This document shows positions 48,831 to 59,256 of a stretch of 64,000 nt of DNA, in pieces. Position 1 is the first letter of the stretch, and the number at the start of each line of letters is the position of its first letter. The stretch lies in assembly GCA_041398305.1 (NCBI GenBank), contig JAWKUZ010000002.1, positions 231,237-295,236 on the forward strand. The letters are read 5' to 3'. Made by a program: the position numbers and the translations under genes. The notes under the pieces are model-generated. The model ran no database searches. It was not told where the DNA came from and saw only the letters and a program-made list of their open reading frames with translations. The stretch comes from Hyphomonadaceae bacterium (GTDB lineage Bacteria; Pseudomonadota; Alphaproteobacteria; Caulobacterales; Aquidulcibacteraceae).

Positions 48831-50619
48831 TCGCTATCCATCTTCAACGCCGCAATGAACGCCTCCTGCGGAATATCGACCTTCCCGAACTGGCGCATCC
48901 GCTTCTTGCCCTCTTTCTGCTTGTCGAGGAGCTTGCGTTTGCGGCTGGCGTCGCCGCCGTAGCATTTCGCGGTCACGTCTTTGCGGAGCGCGCTGATGGT
49001 CTCGCGCGCGATGATGCGCCCGCCGATGGCGGCTTGGATCGGGATCTTGAACATGTGTTGCGGGATCAGCTCTTTGAGCTTTTCCACCATGGCGCGGCCG
49101 CGTGATTCAGCGCGGCCCGCATGCACCAGCATTGAAAGCGCATCGACAGGATCGTCGTTCACCAGGATCGACATCTTCACCAGATCGCCCTCGCGGTGCT
49201 CGATGATCTGATAGTCGAAGCTGGCGTAGCCTTTCGAGACGCTCTTCAGGCGATCGTAGAAATCGAACACGACCTCGTTGAGCGGCAGCTCATAAACGAG
49301 CATCGCGCGCGAGCCGACATAGTTCAGATCCTTCTGAATGCCGCGGCGATCCTGGCAGAGCTTGATGATCGAGCCGAGATATTCGTCGGGCGTCAACAGC
49401 GTGGCTTTGATCCACGGCTCTTCGATCGCCTTGATGTAGGTGACGTCGGGCAGATCGGCGGGGTTGTGCAGCTCGCGCACCTCGCCGTCATTCATGTGGA
49501 CCTTGTAAACGACGCTGGCGCCGTCGCGATCAGGTTGAGATCGAACTCGCGGCTCAAGCGCTCTTGGATGATCTCCAAGTGCGAAGCCCAGAAACCGCAT
49601 CGGAAGCCGAAGCCGAGCGCGGCTGAGGTTTCCATTTCAAGGCTCGCGTCGTTGAGGTCGAAGCTTCGACATGGCGGCGCGGAGGTCTTCGAAATCGGCG
49701 GCGTCTTGCGGGAAGAGCCCGCAGAAGACGACAGAGCTGCGCCGGCTGAAGCCCGGCAGCGCGCGGTTTCGCGGCGATACTCGGTGATGGTGTCGCCGAC
49801 GCGGGCGTCCGCGACTTCCTTGATCGAGCCAGTGAGCACGCCGATCTCGCCGGGGCCGAGCTGGGCTACATCCTCGCGGCGCGGGCGGAGCACGCCGAGC
49901 GTATCGACATTATAATCGGCGCCGGTCTGCATGAGCTTCACGCGCATGCCCTTCTTCACCACGCCATCGATGACGCGGAAGAGCACGACGACGCCGAGAT
50001 AGGCGTCGTACCAGGCGTCCACCAGCATGGCTTTCAGCGGCGCGTTGGCGTCGCCGGTCTTTGGCGGCGGCAGGCGGGTGACGATGGCTTCGAGGAGATC
50101 GTTGACGCCCTCGCCTGTCTTGCCGGAGGCGAGGATGGCTTGGCTGGCGTCGAGCCCGATGACGTCCTCGATCTGCTGCTTTACGCGCTCGGGTTCGGCG
50201 GCGGGCAGATCGATCTTGTTGATCACCGGCACGATCTCGAGATCGAGATCGAGCGCCTGATAGACGTTCGCCAGCGTCTGCGCCTCCACGCCTTGCGAAG
50301 CGTCCACAATCAGCAGCGCCCCCTCGCACGCCGCCAGCGAGCGGCTCACCTCATACGCAAAGTCCACGTGCCCCGGCGTGTCCATCAGATTGAGGATGTA
50401 GCGCTCGCCGTCTTTGGCTTTGTATTCAAGGCGCACCGTCTGCGCCTTAATCGTGATGCCGCGTTCCTTTTCGATGTCCATCGAGTCCAAGACTTGGCTC
50501 GTCATCTGACGAGCACTGAGCGCTCCGGTCTCTTGGATGAGACGATCGCTCAAAGTGCTCTTGCCGTGGTCGATGTGGGCCACGATTGAGAAGTTACGGA
50601 TCTTGTCGCGGGGCGTCAT
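48827..50619 (-). CDS. lepA: Elongation factor 4, with several apparent frameshifts at ~49500-49760
   Basis: [54 protein letters not shown]. Confidence 0.93.
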
Positions 50620-50673
50620 TTCAACGCCGGTAGGTATATGCGCCCGCGACGGGCGCCAAGCGCGCGGGCTGCG

Positions 50674-51234
50674 TCAGTTCGGCATTAAGGTGAAAAATAC
50701 CGCGTAGAATAAGAGCCATGCACCGATGAGCAGCCAAAGCAGCTGCCGCGCACTGAGCCAACGGCCGAGGAAACGGACAATCAGCGAAACGCCGACGGAG
50801 ACGATCAGAAAGCGTGGCAAGCGCGCCGCAATGCTCGCCAAAGCGAAAAGCGGAAGCGGAGCGCCCGCGCCAGGCGCAAGGATGGCGTAGACTTTGTAGG
50901 GCGTCGAACTAAGCGGGCCGAGGAAAGTGGCGAGAAACCAGTTCGCCGCCATAGCCGCTTCGGCGCGCGCGGCCATGGCTTCGCTAATCGAAGGCACCGC
51001 AAGCACCGCTTCACGCGCGGCGGCGAAATTTTGTGTCGCCCAGAAAAACATGAGGACGCCGCCGAGGCTCGCGCCGATGGCGGCGATGAGCGATGCGCGC
51101 GCTGCTGCCTTCGCGCCGCGCTTTAAGCCGATGTAGCTCAGCAGCACGTCGGGCACGAAGAAGAACAAGGTCGCTTCCGCCACGCCCCAGATGAAGGCGG
51201 CGATATCGAGTGCGTTGCGTTTCACCCAGGCCAC
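50674..51234 (-). CDS. YqaA/DedA(VTT)-like membrane protein
   Basis: AEAT.FF.VPD, PYKVYA, ARLPRF. Confidence 0.7.
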   Translation of the reverse strand: MAWVKRNALDIAAFIWGVAEATLFFFVPDVLLSYIGLKRGAKAAARASLIAAIGASLGGVLMFFWATQNFAAAREAVLAVPSISEAMAARAEAAMAANWFLATFLGPLSSTPYKVYAILAPGAGAPLPLFALASIAARLPRFLIVSVGVSLIVRFLGRWLSARQLLWLLIGAWLLFYAVFFTLMPN

Positions 51235-51293
51235 GCCGGTTCTCCAATCGAGTCGGCGCTAGGTTGCGCTGAAGAACTTGCCCGGGTCGAGTC

Positions 51294-51647
51294 TCACGTG
51301 CTGAGCTTTGGCAGGTCAAGCTTCAGGCCGTAGTGCGCACGCTGGCCGCTGGCTGTCTCGAAGCCGCCGACGATGCGCGCCTTACAACGCACGGTAAGGC
51401 GTGGTTCGCCGGCGGCGGCGAGATCGGCACGATAGAGGCGTGCGTTGGCGCGGGAGAGATAACCGGCGCGTCGTCCATCGATATGAACAGCGACCGCTTG
51501 ATCGTCGTACGGATTGCTATCTTCGAGAACGAGCGTAGCGCTGACTGAACCGCCCGCTTCGGCCGCCGCCTCGAGCACGTCCTGATATTGCGCAACGCCG
51601 ACAACATCGACGGCAAACACGCCCGGGCCGGTGATTTCAACTTCCAT
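51294..51647 (-). CDS. Stand-alone HIRAN-domain protein
   Basis: VVG...YQ, LV.E..NPYD..AVAV..DG...GYL. Confidence 0.78.
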   Translation of the reverse strand: MEVEITGPGVFAVDVVGVAQYQDVLEAAAEAGGSVSATLVLEDSNPYDDQAVAVHIDGRRAGYLSRANARLYRADLAAAGEPRLTVRCKARIVGGFETASGQRAHYGLKLDLPKLST

Positions 51648-51675
51648 GGAGACACCGCGCGCGTAGCGCGAGACA

Positions 51676-51762
51676 TGGTGCCCGGAAGAGGACTCGAACC
51701 TCCACGCCCTTGCGAGCGCCAGCACCTGAAGCTGGTGCGTCTACCAATTCCGCCATCCGGGC
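51676..51762 (-). tRNA. tRNA-Leu(CAG)
   Basis: GCCCGGATGGCGGAATTGGTAGACGC...TTCAGGT...GGTTCGAGTCC...CCA, 87 nt. Confidence 0.97.
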
Positions 51763-51871
51763 ACAGGGGTAGAAGACGGCGGGGTTTAAGGGAGAGGCGA
51801 CGGGCCGTCAACTTGGCCTTCTGGTCGCTTCTGGGTGGGACGCTGGCGGATCGCGTGCTAGCGCTTGGGGC

Positions 51872-53671
51872 ATGAGAAATCTGAGCCTTGCCCTCATCTT
51901 GGGCCTCGCAGCCTGCGCCACGGCGCCCTCCGCCACGACATCAACGACGGGCCGCGTTGGGTACTCCGAGCTGATGGGGCCAGCGCTCGAGCCAGCGGCA
52001 GCGCAGGCAATCTTGAATCGGACTCAGCGACTCCACTTGGCGCCTGACATGTCTGCGCTGACTCCCGGCGAGCACGACGCCGTGCGCGAACTGCTGGCGG
52101 CGGGCGAACGGTTGCACCGGCTCTTTATGCTCCAGCGTCACCATCAGGCGCTCGAGGCTGAAGCTTATCTTTCCGATCACCCCGAATTGACGGCTGAGCG
52201 CGACCTCTTCCGCCTGGCTTCCGGCCCGATTGTCACCACGCTCGACAACGAGCGCGCGACGTTGCTGACGACGGTGCAGCCCGAAGCGCCACATCGAAAC
52301 GTGTATCCGGTCGGCGTTACCAAGGCCGAGATCGACGCCTTCTTGACGGCGCATCCCGAGAGCGCAGCAGAGATCTTAGATGACCGCAGTGTCGTGTGGT
52401 CAAACACGCCGGAGAACCGGCGAGCGGTCGTTGCGAGGCTCGACCGCTATCCCGCACTCGACACGCTCCACCCCGGCTTGCGTGCACGCACGGAAGCGCG
52501 CTCGGAGGGAGGCTTTATCGGCGTGCCATATTCGGTGGCGTTCGCGGACGACATTATGTTCGTGTCACAACGTCTGAATGCGGCGGCTGAAGATGTTGAG
52601 AGCGGTGACCCCGCATTCGCCCGCTATCTCCGGCTGCGCGCCCGCGATCTGCTTGCCGATGACTATGAAGGCGGCGACGCCGCCTGGGTGACCGGCGATT
52701 TCACCGGCAATCTCAATGCGCAGATTGGCTCTTATGAAACATACGACGATGCCCTCTACGGCGTGAAGACGTTCTTCTCGCTGTCATTGCTGGTGCGCGA
52801 CCGGGCGCGAAGCGACGAATTGCAAGCGGCGCTGCAGGACATTCAGCGCGTGGAGAACGCCCTGCCCTACGCGAACCACCGAGACGTGCGGAGTGACATT
52901 CCGGTGGGTGTTTACAACATCATCGCCGATTTCGGCCAGGCACGCGGAACCAACACCGCGACGATCCTACCGAACGAGGCTTACCTTACCCGCCAATACG
53001 GCCGCACGATCTTGATGCGCGGCAACATCTTGTTGAACAGCGATCTGTTCGCGGAAAGCCAGCGCGCGTTTGCGGCCGCTGTGGTTCAAAACCAAGCCAA
53101 CGACCTTACCTCGGAAGGCGGCTTCTATCGCACGCTGTGGCACGAGATTGGACACTATCTCGGCGTCGATCAAACCGCCGATGGTCGCGATCTCGATGCG
53201 TCGCTCGGCGATACGGCTGACTTGCTCGAAGAGATGAAGGCCGACCTCGTCTCGCTCACATCAGCGCGCATCCTTAACGAACGCGGCCGTATCACCGATG
53301 CGCAGCTGCGCGGCATCTATGCTTCGGGCATTCGCCGCGTCCTGCAGAAGAACCGGCCGCGCCGCGAGCAACCGTATCAGACGATGCAGCTCATCCAGTG
53401 GAACTGGTTCCTGGAGCACGGCGTACTGCGTTTCGAGAACGGCCGCCTGCGGATCGACTACCGCCGCTATCCAGCAGCAGTCACGAGCCTGCTGCGCGAA
53501 GTGCTAGCGATCCAGCGCGCGGGCGACAACGCCGCGGCCAACGCGTTCGTGACGCGCTGGACGACATGGCAACCGGAGCTTCACGAGGTCATCGCGCAAC
53601 GCATGCGAGAGAGCGAGCGCAACAGATTCACAATCGTGACGTATGAAGCGCTCGACGGGCCGGAGCGCTGA
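51872..53671 (+). CDS. M49-family (dipeptidyl-peptidase III-like) metallopeptidase lipoprotein
   Basis: Lipobox LAAC; IG.YETY.D.L.G.K, LPN, HEIGH, EEMKAD. Confidence 0.75.
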   Translation: MRNLSLALILGLAACATAPSATTSTTGRVGYSELMGPALEPAAAQAILNRTQRLHLAPDMSALTPGEHDAVRELLAAGERLHRLFMLQRHHQALEAEAYLSDHPELTAERDLFRLASGPIVTTLDNERATLLTTVQPEAPHRNVYPVGVTKAEIDAFLTAHPESAAEILDDRSVVWSNTPENRRAVVARLDRYPALDTLHPGLRARTEARSEGGFIGVPYSVAFADDIMFVSQRLNAAAEDVESGDPAFARYLRLRARDLLADDYEGGDAAWVTGDFTGNLNAQIGSYETYDDALYGVKTFFSLSLLVRDRARSDELQAALQDIQRVENALPYANHRDVRSDIPVGVYNIIADFGQARGTNTATILPNEAYLTRQYGRTILMRGNILLNSDLFAESQRAFAAAVVQNQANDLTSEGGFYRTLWHEIGHYLGVDQTADGRDLDASLGDTADLLEEMKADLVSLTSARILNERGRITDAQLRGIYASGIRRVLQKNRPRREQPYQTMQLIQWNWFLEHGVLRFENGRLRIDYRRYPAAVTSLLREVLAIQRAGDNAAANAFVTRWTTWQPELHEVIAQRMRESERNRFTIVTYEALDGPER

Positions 53672-53682
53672 CGGAGGCTATC

Positions 53683-55656
53683 GTGGAGTGCCACGCGACA
53701 AGCGAAGAAGTCGTCGTCGTCGCGCCGCGTTTGCCAGAGGCGGCGGGCGAAGCGGCCTACTCCGCCTATGAGATCGATCCGCTGGTGATCGCAACCGCTA
53801 CGCGGCTCGATGATGCGCTGCGCACCGCGGCGGGCGTCTCGACGTTTCGGCGCAATGATAGCGCGGCGGCGAACCCGACCATCCAAGGCTTATCTATTCG
53901 CGCCTCGGCGCCTTCGGGCGCAGGGCGCGCGCTGGTGACACTGGATGGCCAGCCATTGAACGATCCATTTGGCGGTTGGGTAATCTGGGGCGCGGTCCCG
54001 CCGGAGACCATTCAGAACGCCACTGTGTTGCGCGGCGCTGGCGCTGGACCCTATGGCGCCGGCGCGCTCACCGGGACGGTGCAACTGGACGAGCGACGTG
54101 AAGACGGCGCCGTGCTTTCGCTCGAAGGTGGCGAGCGCGGACATTTGCGCGTCGCGGGTGTCGGCGAGGCGCGCGGCGATACGTGGTCACTCATGCTCGC
54201 GGCAAGCGCGCAACAAGATGACGGCTGGATCCCGGTGCGCGCCGGGCGCGGGGCCGCGGATGCGGAGCTTTGGTCTGAGTCCGTTGCGGGTGTCGCGCGC
54301 GCAGAGTGGCGCGATGGCGAACGCGTTTTCTCAGCACGGCTCGGCGGCTATTCGGAGAGCCGCGGTGCGGGGTTAGTCGGCGCGGAATCGGTTTCCGATG
54401 GCGCAAGCTTGAGCGTGACGCTGGCGGCGCCTGCGGGAGATATCGCCTGGCGCGTGCAGGCCTGGGCGATGACGTCGGATCTCTACAATAGCTCCGTTGC
54501 GACCGCGCCCGACCGCAGTGCGACGACGCCTGCCAACGAACAATACGCCACTCCCGCCTTCGGGTGGGGCGGCAATGCGGCTCTCCGCTGGACTGGTGAT
54601 ACGTACGGCGTCGAAGTCGGCGCCGATGTGCGCGCCGCCGATGGCGAGACGCGCGAGCGATTTTCGTTTAGCGGCGGCCAGTTCACGCGCTCGCGTGTGG
54701 CCGGGGGGCAGACGCTGACGGCGGGCGCGTATGTTGAAGGCTGGCGCGAGGCTGGCCCTTGGCTCTTCACCGGCGGCGCGCGCGCGGACATCTACCGCGC
54801 GTGGGATGGCAGCCGCGTTGAGCGCTTGATCGCAACTGGCGCGCCGCTGTTGGTGACGGTTCCGGAAGACACAGAGACCGTGGCGCCGACGGCACGCGTT
54901 GGCCTGCGGCGCGAAGTCGGCAATCTCTTCGTTCGGAGCGCGGCGTATGCAGGCTTCCGGCCGCCGACTTTGAACGAACTCCACCGCCCCTTCCGCGTCG
55001 GTAATGACGTCACTGAGGCCAACGCCGCGCTAGAACCGGAGCGCATCGTTGGCTTCGATCTTGGTGTTGGCGGCGTGCATCCGAACTGGTCATGGGAAGC
55101 AGGCGTGTTCGCGACGCGGCTTGAGGATGCGATCGTCAACGTCACGCTCGGCGCGGGGCCCGGCACGTTTCCGCCGGGCGTGTTCGTGCCCACGGGCGGC
55201 GCCTATCGGCAAAGACAGAACGCTGGTGTGATCGAAGCGGCTGGCGTTGAGGCGGAAGCGCGCGGGAAATGGGACGAGCACGCAGGTTGGCGTTTGGCGC
55301 TGAACTACACGGATGCGACGTTCGACGGCGGGCCACTCGCCGGCCTGCGGCCAGCGCAGTCGCCGGAATGGAGCGTGAGCGCCGGCGTCGATTGGCGCGC
55401 AACCGAGACAACGACGCTTTCGGCGGCCGTCATCTATGAGAGCGCACGCTTTGAGGACGATCTGAACACGCGCGAGCTTGGCGCCGCCATGCTGCTCGAT
55501 CTCCGCGCGGAGCAGCGCCTGCACGACGGCGTTTGGGCCTTTGTCGCCTTGGACAACGCTCTGGATACCGATGTCGAGACGGCCGAAAGTGCGAACGGAA
55601 TCGAGAGCTTCGGGCCGCCACGCGCGGTTCGACTCGGGCTGAAGCTGCGGCGGTAG
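53683..55656 (+). CDS. TonB-dependent receptor
   Basis: TonB box EEVVVVA, plug LV.LDG.P.ND.FGG, RG.G...YG.GA..G, FR.PTLNEL.R, terminal beta strand. Confidence 0.87.
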   Translation: MECHATSEEVVVVAPRLPEAAGEAAYSAYEIDPLVIATATRLDDALRTAAGVSTFRRNDSAAANPTIQGLSIRASAPSGAGRALVTLDGQPLNDPFGGWVIWGAVPPETIQNATVLRGAGAGPYGAGALTGTVQLDERREDGAVLSLEGGERGHLRVAGVGEARGDTWSLMLAASAQQDDGWIPVRAGRGAADAELWSESVAGVARAEWRDGERVFSARLGGYSESRGAGLVGAESVSDGASLSVTLAAPAGDIAWRVQAWAMTSDLYNSSVATAPDRSATTPANEQYATPAFGWGGNAALRWTGDTYGVEVGADVRAADGETRERFSFSGGQFTRSRVAGGQTLTAGAYVEGWREAGPWLFTGGARADIYRAWDGSRVERLIATGAPLLVTVPEDTETVAPTARVGLRREVGNLFVRSAAYAGFRPPTLNELHRPFRVGNDVTEANAALEPERIVGFDLGVGGVHPNWSWEAGVFATRLEDAIVNVTLGAGPGTFPPGVFVPTGGAYRQRQNAGVIEAAGVEAEARGKWDEHAGWRLALNYTDATFDGGPLAGLRPAQSPEWSVSAGVDWRATETTTLSAAVIYESARFEDDLNTRELGAAMLLDLRAEQRLHDGVWAFVALDNALDTDVETAESANGIESFGPPRAVRLGLKLRR

Positions 55657-55701
55657 CGCCGCACTGGCGTATTTTGGGGAATTCGACTAAGCCCGCGCCC
55701 C

Positions 55702-56355
55702 ATGACACGGAAACTCTCACTCACCGTCGACGGCAAGAACATAGCGGTGCACCTGCATAAGGGCGATCTGCCCGATAGCGTGACGTTCAACGGCGCGGTG
55801 GCGGTCGATAGCGAGACTATGGGCCTGTCGCTGATACGCGATCCGCTCTGCCTCGTGCAGATTTCAGACGGCGGGCCGGAAGCGCACCTCGTGCAGCTCG
55901 ATCGCGCCACCTATGACGCGCCAAACCTGAAGCGCGTGCTGACCGATCCGCAGCACCTGAAGATTTTCCACTTCGCCCGCTTCGACATCGCGATGTTCAT
56001 GCGCGATCTCTCGATCGTCACGACGCCAATCTACTGCACCAAGATCGCCTCAAAGCTGGTGCGTACCTACACGGACCGTCACGGCCTCAAGGACCTGACC
56101 AAGGAAGTGCTCGGGCGCGACATTTCGAAGGACCAGCAATCGAGCGATTGGGGTGCGCCGGAGCTTTCGGATGCACAGCTGGCGTATGCGGCATCGGACG
56201 TCTTGCATCTGCATGCGCTGATGGAGAGGTTGAACACGATGCTGGCGCGCGAGGGGCGCGTCGAGATCGCGCAATCATGCTTCGATTTTCTGCCAACGCG
56301 CGCAGCGCTTGATCTTGCAGGCTGGGAAGAGACGGATATCTTCGCTCACGCATGA
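55702..56355 (+). CDS. rnd: Ribonuclease D (short DEDDy 3'-5' exonuclease)
   Basis: AVDSETMGL, KIFHFARFD, CTKIASKL, SSDWG, YAASDV. Confidence 0.88.
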   Translation: MTRKLSLTVDGKNIAVHLHKGDLPDSVTFNGAVAVDSETMGLSLIRDPLCLVQISDGGPEAHLVQLDRATYDAPNLKRVLTDPQHLKIFHFARFDIAMFMRDLSIVTTPIYCTKIASKLVRTYTDRHGLKDLTKEVLGRDISKDQQSSDWGAPELSDAQLAYAASDVLHLHALMERLNTMLAREGRVEIAQSCFDFLPTRAALDLAGWEETDIFAHA

Positions 56356-56702
56356 GCAAGATAAACCTCGCTGAGAAGCTCTCACAATTCGAAGGCCATT
56401 GGCAGCCGCGCGTCGTCGGCGCGTTCAATGGCCACGACCTTATGGTGGTGAAGTTTCAGGGACAGTTTCCCTGGCACAGCCATGCCGACACCGATGATTT
56501 CTTCCTCGTTCTGAAGGGCGAGATGATCATGCGCCTGCGCGATGGCGATGTGCGCGTTGGCGTCGGTGAGGTGTTCGTGGTGCCGCACGGCGTGGAACAT
56601 GCCCCATTTGCGGAAGAAGAGACGCACGTGCTGCTCATCGAGCCCAAAGGGACACCGAACACCGGCGATCCGGCCACGGCTGCGCCCCGGCGGGAGATCT
56701 AG
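56352..56702 (+). CDS. Cupin domain protein
   Basis: WHSH...D.FF.VL.G, VVP.GVEH.P. Confidence 0.85.
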   Translation: MSKINLAEKLSQFEGHWQPRVVGAFNGHDLMVVKFQGQFPWHSHADTDDFFLVLKGEMIMRLRDGDVRVGVGEVFVVPHGVEHAPFAEEETHVLLIEPKGTPNTGDPATAAPRREI

Positions 56703-56704
56703 GC

Positions 56705-58234
56705 GTGAGCGTCGAGACCTTCACGCCGCTGCCGGACATGATCCGGGCGCTCGCCGCCGCCAAACCGGACAAGGTCGCGCTCATCCAAGACGAACAACGC
56801 CTCTCCTACGGCGACCTTGATGCGCTAATGGATCGCGTAGCCGCAGCGCTGCAGCGTGACGGCGTCAAGCCAGCTGAGAGTGTTGCGATTTGCGCCGGCA
56901 CGTCGCTTGCCTACGCCAGCGCGTTTCTCGGCGCCTTGCGGGCAGGTGTAGCGGTGGCGCCAATCGCGCCCTCCTCAACGCCGGACAGCATTGTCGACAT
57001 GATCGCGGACTGTGGGGCAAAGGTTTTCTTCGTCGATAAGGCCGTCGCGGCCGAGCTCGATGCACGGATTGATGGGGTTAAAGCCAAGGTTGTCGGCCTT
57101 GATGAGGGCGCGCCTGGCGTTCCTTTTGATCAGTTCATTGCGCCAGCGGGTGCGCAGCCCGCGACGGTTGCGATCACCGAAGCGATGCCGTTCAACATCA
57201 TCTATTCGTCCGGCACCACCGGCACACCCAAAGGCATCGTGCAGAGCTTTGGCATGCGCTTCGGGCACGTCGCTCGCGCAGTGGCGATGGGATACGGCGA
57301 AGATGCCGTCACACTGCTCTCGACACCGCTCTATTCCAACACGACCTTGGTGAGCTTCTTCCCGACATTGGGCCTCGGCGGCACCGCAGTGCTGATGAAG
57401 AAGTTCGATGCCGCGCAGTATCTGGAACTGGCGCAAAGACATCGCGCCACGCATACGATGCTGGTGCCGGTGCAATATTCGCGGCTGATGGCGCGTGAGG
57501 ATTTCGACACCTACGATCTGTCGAGCTTCGTGATGAAGTTCTGCACCTCGGCCCCCTTCTCCGCCGCGCTAAAGGCGGACGTGTTGAAGCGCTGGCCCGG
57601 CGGCTTGGTCGAGTATTTCGGTATGACCGAAGGCGGCGGCACCTGCGTGCTGATCGCGCACGTCTATCCGGATAAACTTCACACGGTTGGTCAGCCGGCG
57701 ACGGGGCACGATATTCGCGTGATCGATGAAGAGGGGCGCGAACTGCCGCGCGGCGAGGTCGGCGAACTCGTTGGCCGCTCAGAACTGGTTATGAGCGGCT
57801 ATCACAACCGCAAAGAACAGACCGACGCCGCGACATGGATTTCGCCCGAAGGTCTGGCCTTCATTCGCACCGGTGATGTCGGACGCTTCGATGCGGATGG
57901 GTTCGTCGAACTCATGGACCGTAAGAAGGACATGATTATTTCCGGCGGTTTCAATATCTATCCAAGCGATCTTGAGGCCGTGCTTCGCCAGCATCCGGAC
58001 GTGGCGGATGTCGCGGTTGTCGGCGTGCCAAGCGCGGACTGGGGCGAAACGCCGGTGGCGTTTATAGTATCGCGCGGCGCGGACGGGGAGACGCTACGGG
58101 CGTTTGCGAACGAGCGGCTCGGAAAGACACAGCGGATCAGCGCTGTGAAACTGATCGATGAGCTGCCGCGCAGCCATATCGGAAAAATTCTGAAGCGCGA
58201 ACTGCGCGACGCTTACGCGACCACGAACGCCTAG
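56705..58234 (+). CDS. Acyl-CoA synthetase (AMP-forming)
   Basis: YSSGTTGTPKG, FGMTEG, RTGD, DRKKDMIISGG.N, GKILK. Confidence 0.9.
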   Translation: MSVETFTPLPDMIRALAAAKPDKVALIQDEQRLSYGDLDALMDRVAAALQRDGVKPAESVAICAGTSLAYASAFLGALRAGVAVAPIAPSSTPDSIVDMIADCGAKVFFVDKAVAAELDARIDGVKAKVVGLDEGAPGVPFDQFIAPAGAQPATVAITEAMPFNIIYSSGTTGTPKGIVQSFGMRFGHVARAVAMGYGEDAVTLLSTPLYSNTTLVSFFPTLGLGGTAVLMKKFDAAQYLELAQRHRATHTMLVPVQYSRLMAREDFDTYDLSSFVMKFCTSAPFSAALKADVLKRWPGGLVEYFGMTEGGGTCVLIAHVYPDKLHTVGQPATGHDIRVIDEEGRELPRGEVGELVGRSELVMSGYHNRKEQTDAATWISPEGLAFIRTGDVGRFDADGFVELMDRKKDMIISGGFNIYPSDLEAVLRQHPDVADVAVVGVPSADWGETPVAFIVSRGADGETLRAFANERLGKTQRISAVKLIDELPRSHIGKILKRELRDAYATTNA

Positions 58235-58248
58235 CGCGCCTGCCGCGC

Positions 58249-59256
58249 TCACACTTTGACCACCTGCTGATCGATGCGGCCGAAGATGGAATGGTTCTTC
58301 GCGTCGAACATTTCAATCTCGACGCGGTCGCCGTGCTTCAGGAAGGGCGTCGACGCTTTTCCAGATTGGATCGTCTCAATCATGCGCTGCTCAGCGATAC
58401 AGGAATAACCCAAGCCGCCTTCGTTGATGGGTTTGCCCGGTCCGCCGTCCGCGCCACGATTAGAGACAGTGCCGGAGCCCACAATTGTGCCGGCCGCCAG
58501 GTCGCGCGTCTTCGCGGCGTGGGCGATGAGTTGACCGAAATCGAAGGTCATGTCCTCGCCAGCGTTCGCGGCGCCGAAGAACTTGCCGTTGAGGCTAACA
58601 TGCATCGTCAGATGCAACTTCCCGTCGCGCCACGCATCACCGAGCGAGTCGGGCGTGACCGCGACCGGCGAAAACGCTGACGAAGGTTTCGACTGGAAGA
58701 AGCCGAAGCCCTTCTCCAACTCGGCTGGAATGAGATTGCGCAGGCTGACATCGTTGACCAGCATGACGAGGCGGATACGCTTTCGCGCTTCCTCAATGCT
58801 GATCCCCGCTTCGCAATCGTCTACGACAACGGCGACCTCCGCTTCGAAATCGCAGCCCCAGGCTTCATCCTTCAAAGGGATAGAGTCGCGCGGCCCCAAG
58901 AAAATGTCGCTGCCGCCTTGGTACATGAGCGGATCGGTCCAGAACGAGTCCGGCATCTTCGCGTTGCGGGCTTGGCGCACGAGCGCAACGTGATTCACGT
59001 AAGCCGAACCATCGGCCCACTGATACGCACGCGGCAGCGGCGACGCAGCTTCGCGCTCGTGAAAACGCTCGCGCAGGATGGTGCCGCTGTTGACGCCTTG
59101 GCTAAGCGCTTTGAGGCGCGGCTCAGCGTGCGTCCAATCATCGAGCGCGGCCTGCATCGTCGGCACTTCGGGACCAGTCAGCGCGTACCAAGCAAGATCG
59201 TCGGAGACGACCACGAGCCGACCGTCGCGACCGTGACGCAGAGAGGCAAGCTTCAT
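58249..59256 (-). CDS. Fumarylacetoacetate hydrolase family protein
   Basis: MKLASL...RDG.L, DFEAE, NDVSLR, GTIVGSGTVSN. Confidence 0.9.
   Translation of the reverse strand: MKLASLRHGRDGRLVVVSDDLAWYALTGPEVPTMQAALDDWTHAEPRLKALSQGVNSGTILRERFHEREAASPLPRAYQWADGSAYVNHVALVRQARNAKMPDSFWTDPLMYQGGSDIFLGPRDSIPLKDEAWGCDFEAEVAVVVDDCEAGISIEEARKRIRLVMLVNDVSLRNLIPAELEKGFGFFQSKPSSAFSPVAVTPDSLGDAWRDGKLHLTMHVSLNGKFFGAANAGEDMTFDFGQLIAHAAKTRDLAAGTIVGSGTVSNRGADGGPGKPINEGGLGYSCIAEQRMIETIQSGKASTPFLKHGDRVEIEMFDAKNHSIFGRIDQQVVKV

Noticed and set aside
49490-49770. lepA as a true pseudogene or programmed frameshift
   Set aside because: Several small deletions cluster in a highly conserved gene whose remainder is intact; typical of low-coverage long-read consensus errors. 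This also weakens other pseudogene calls here.
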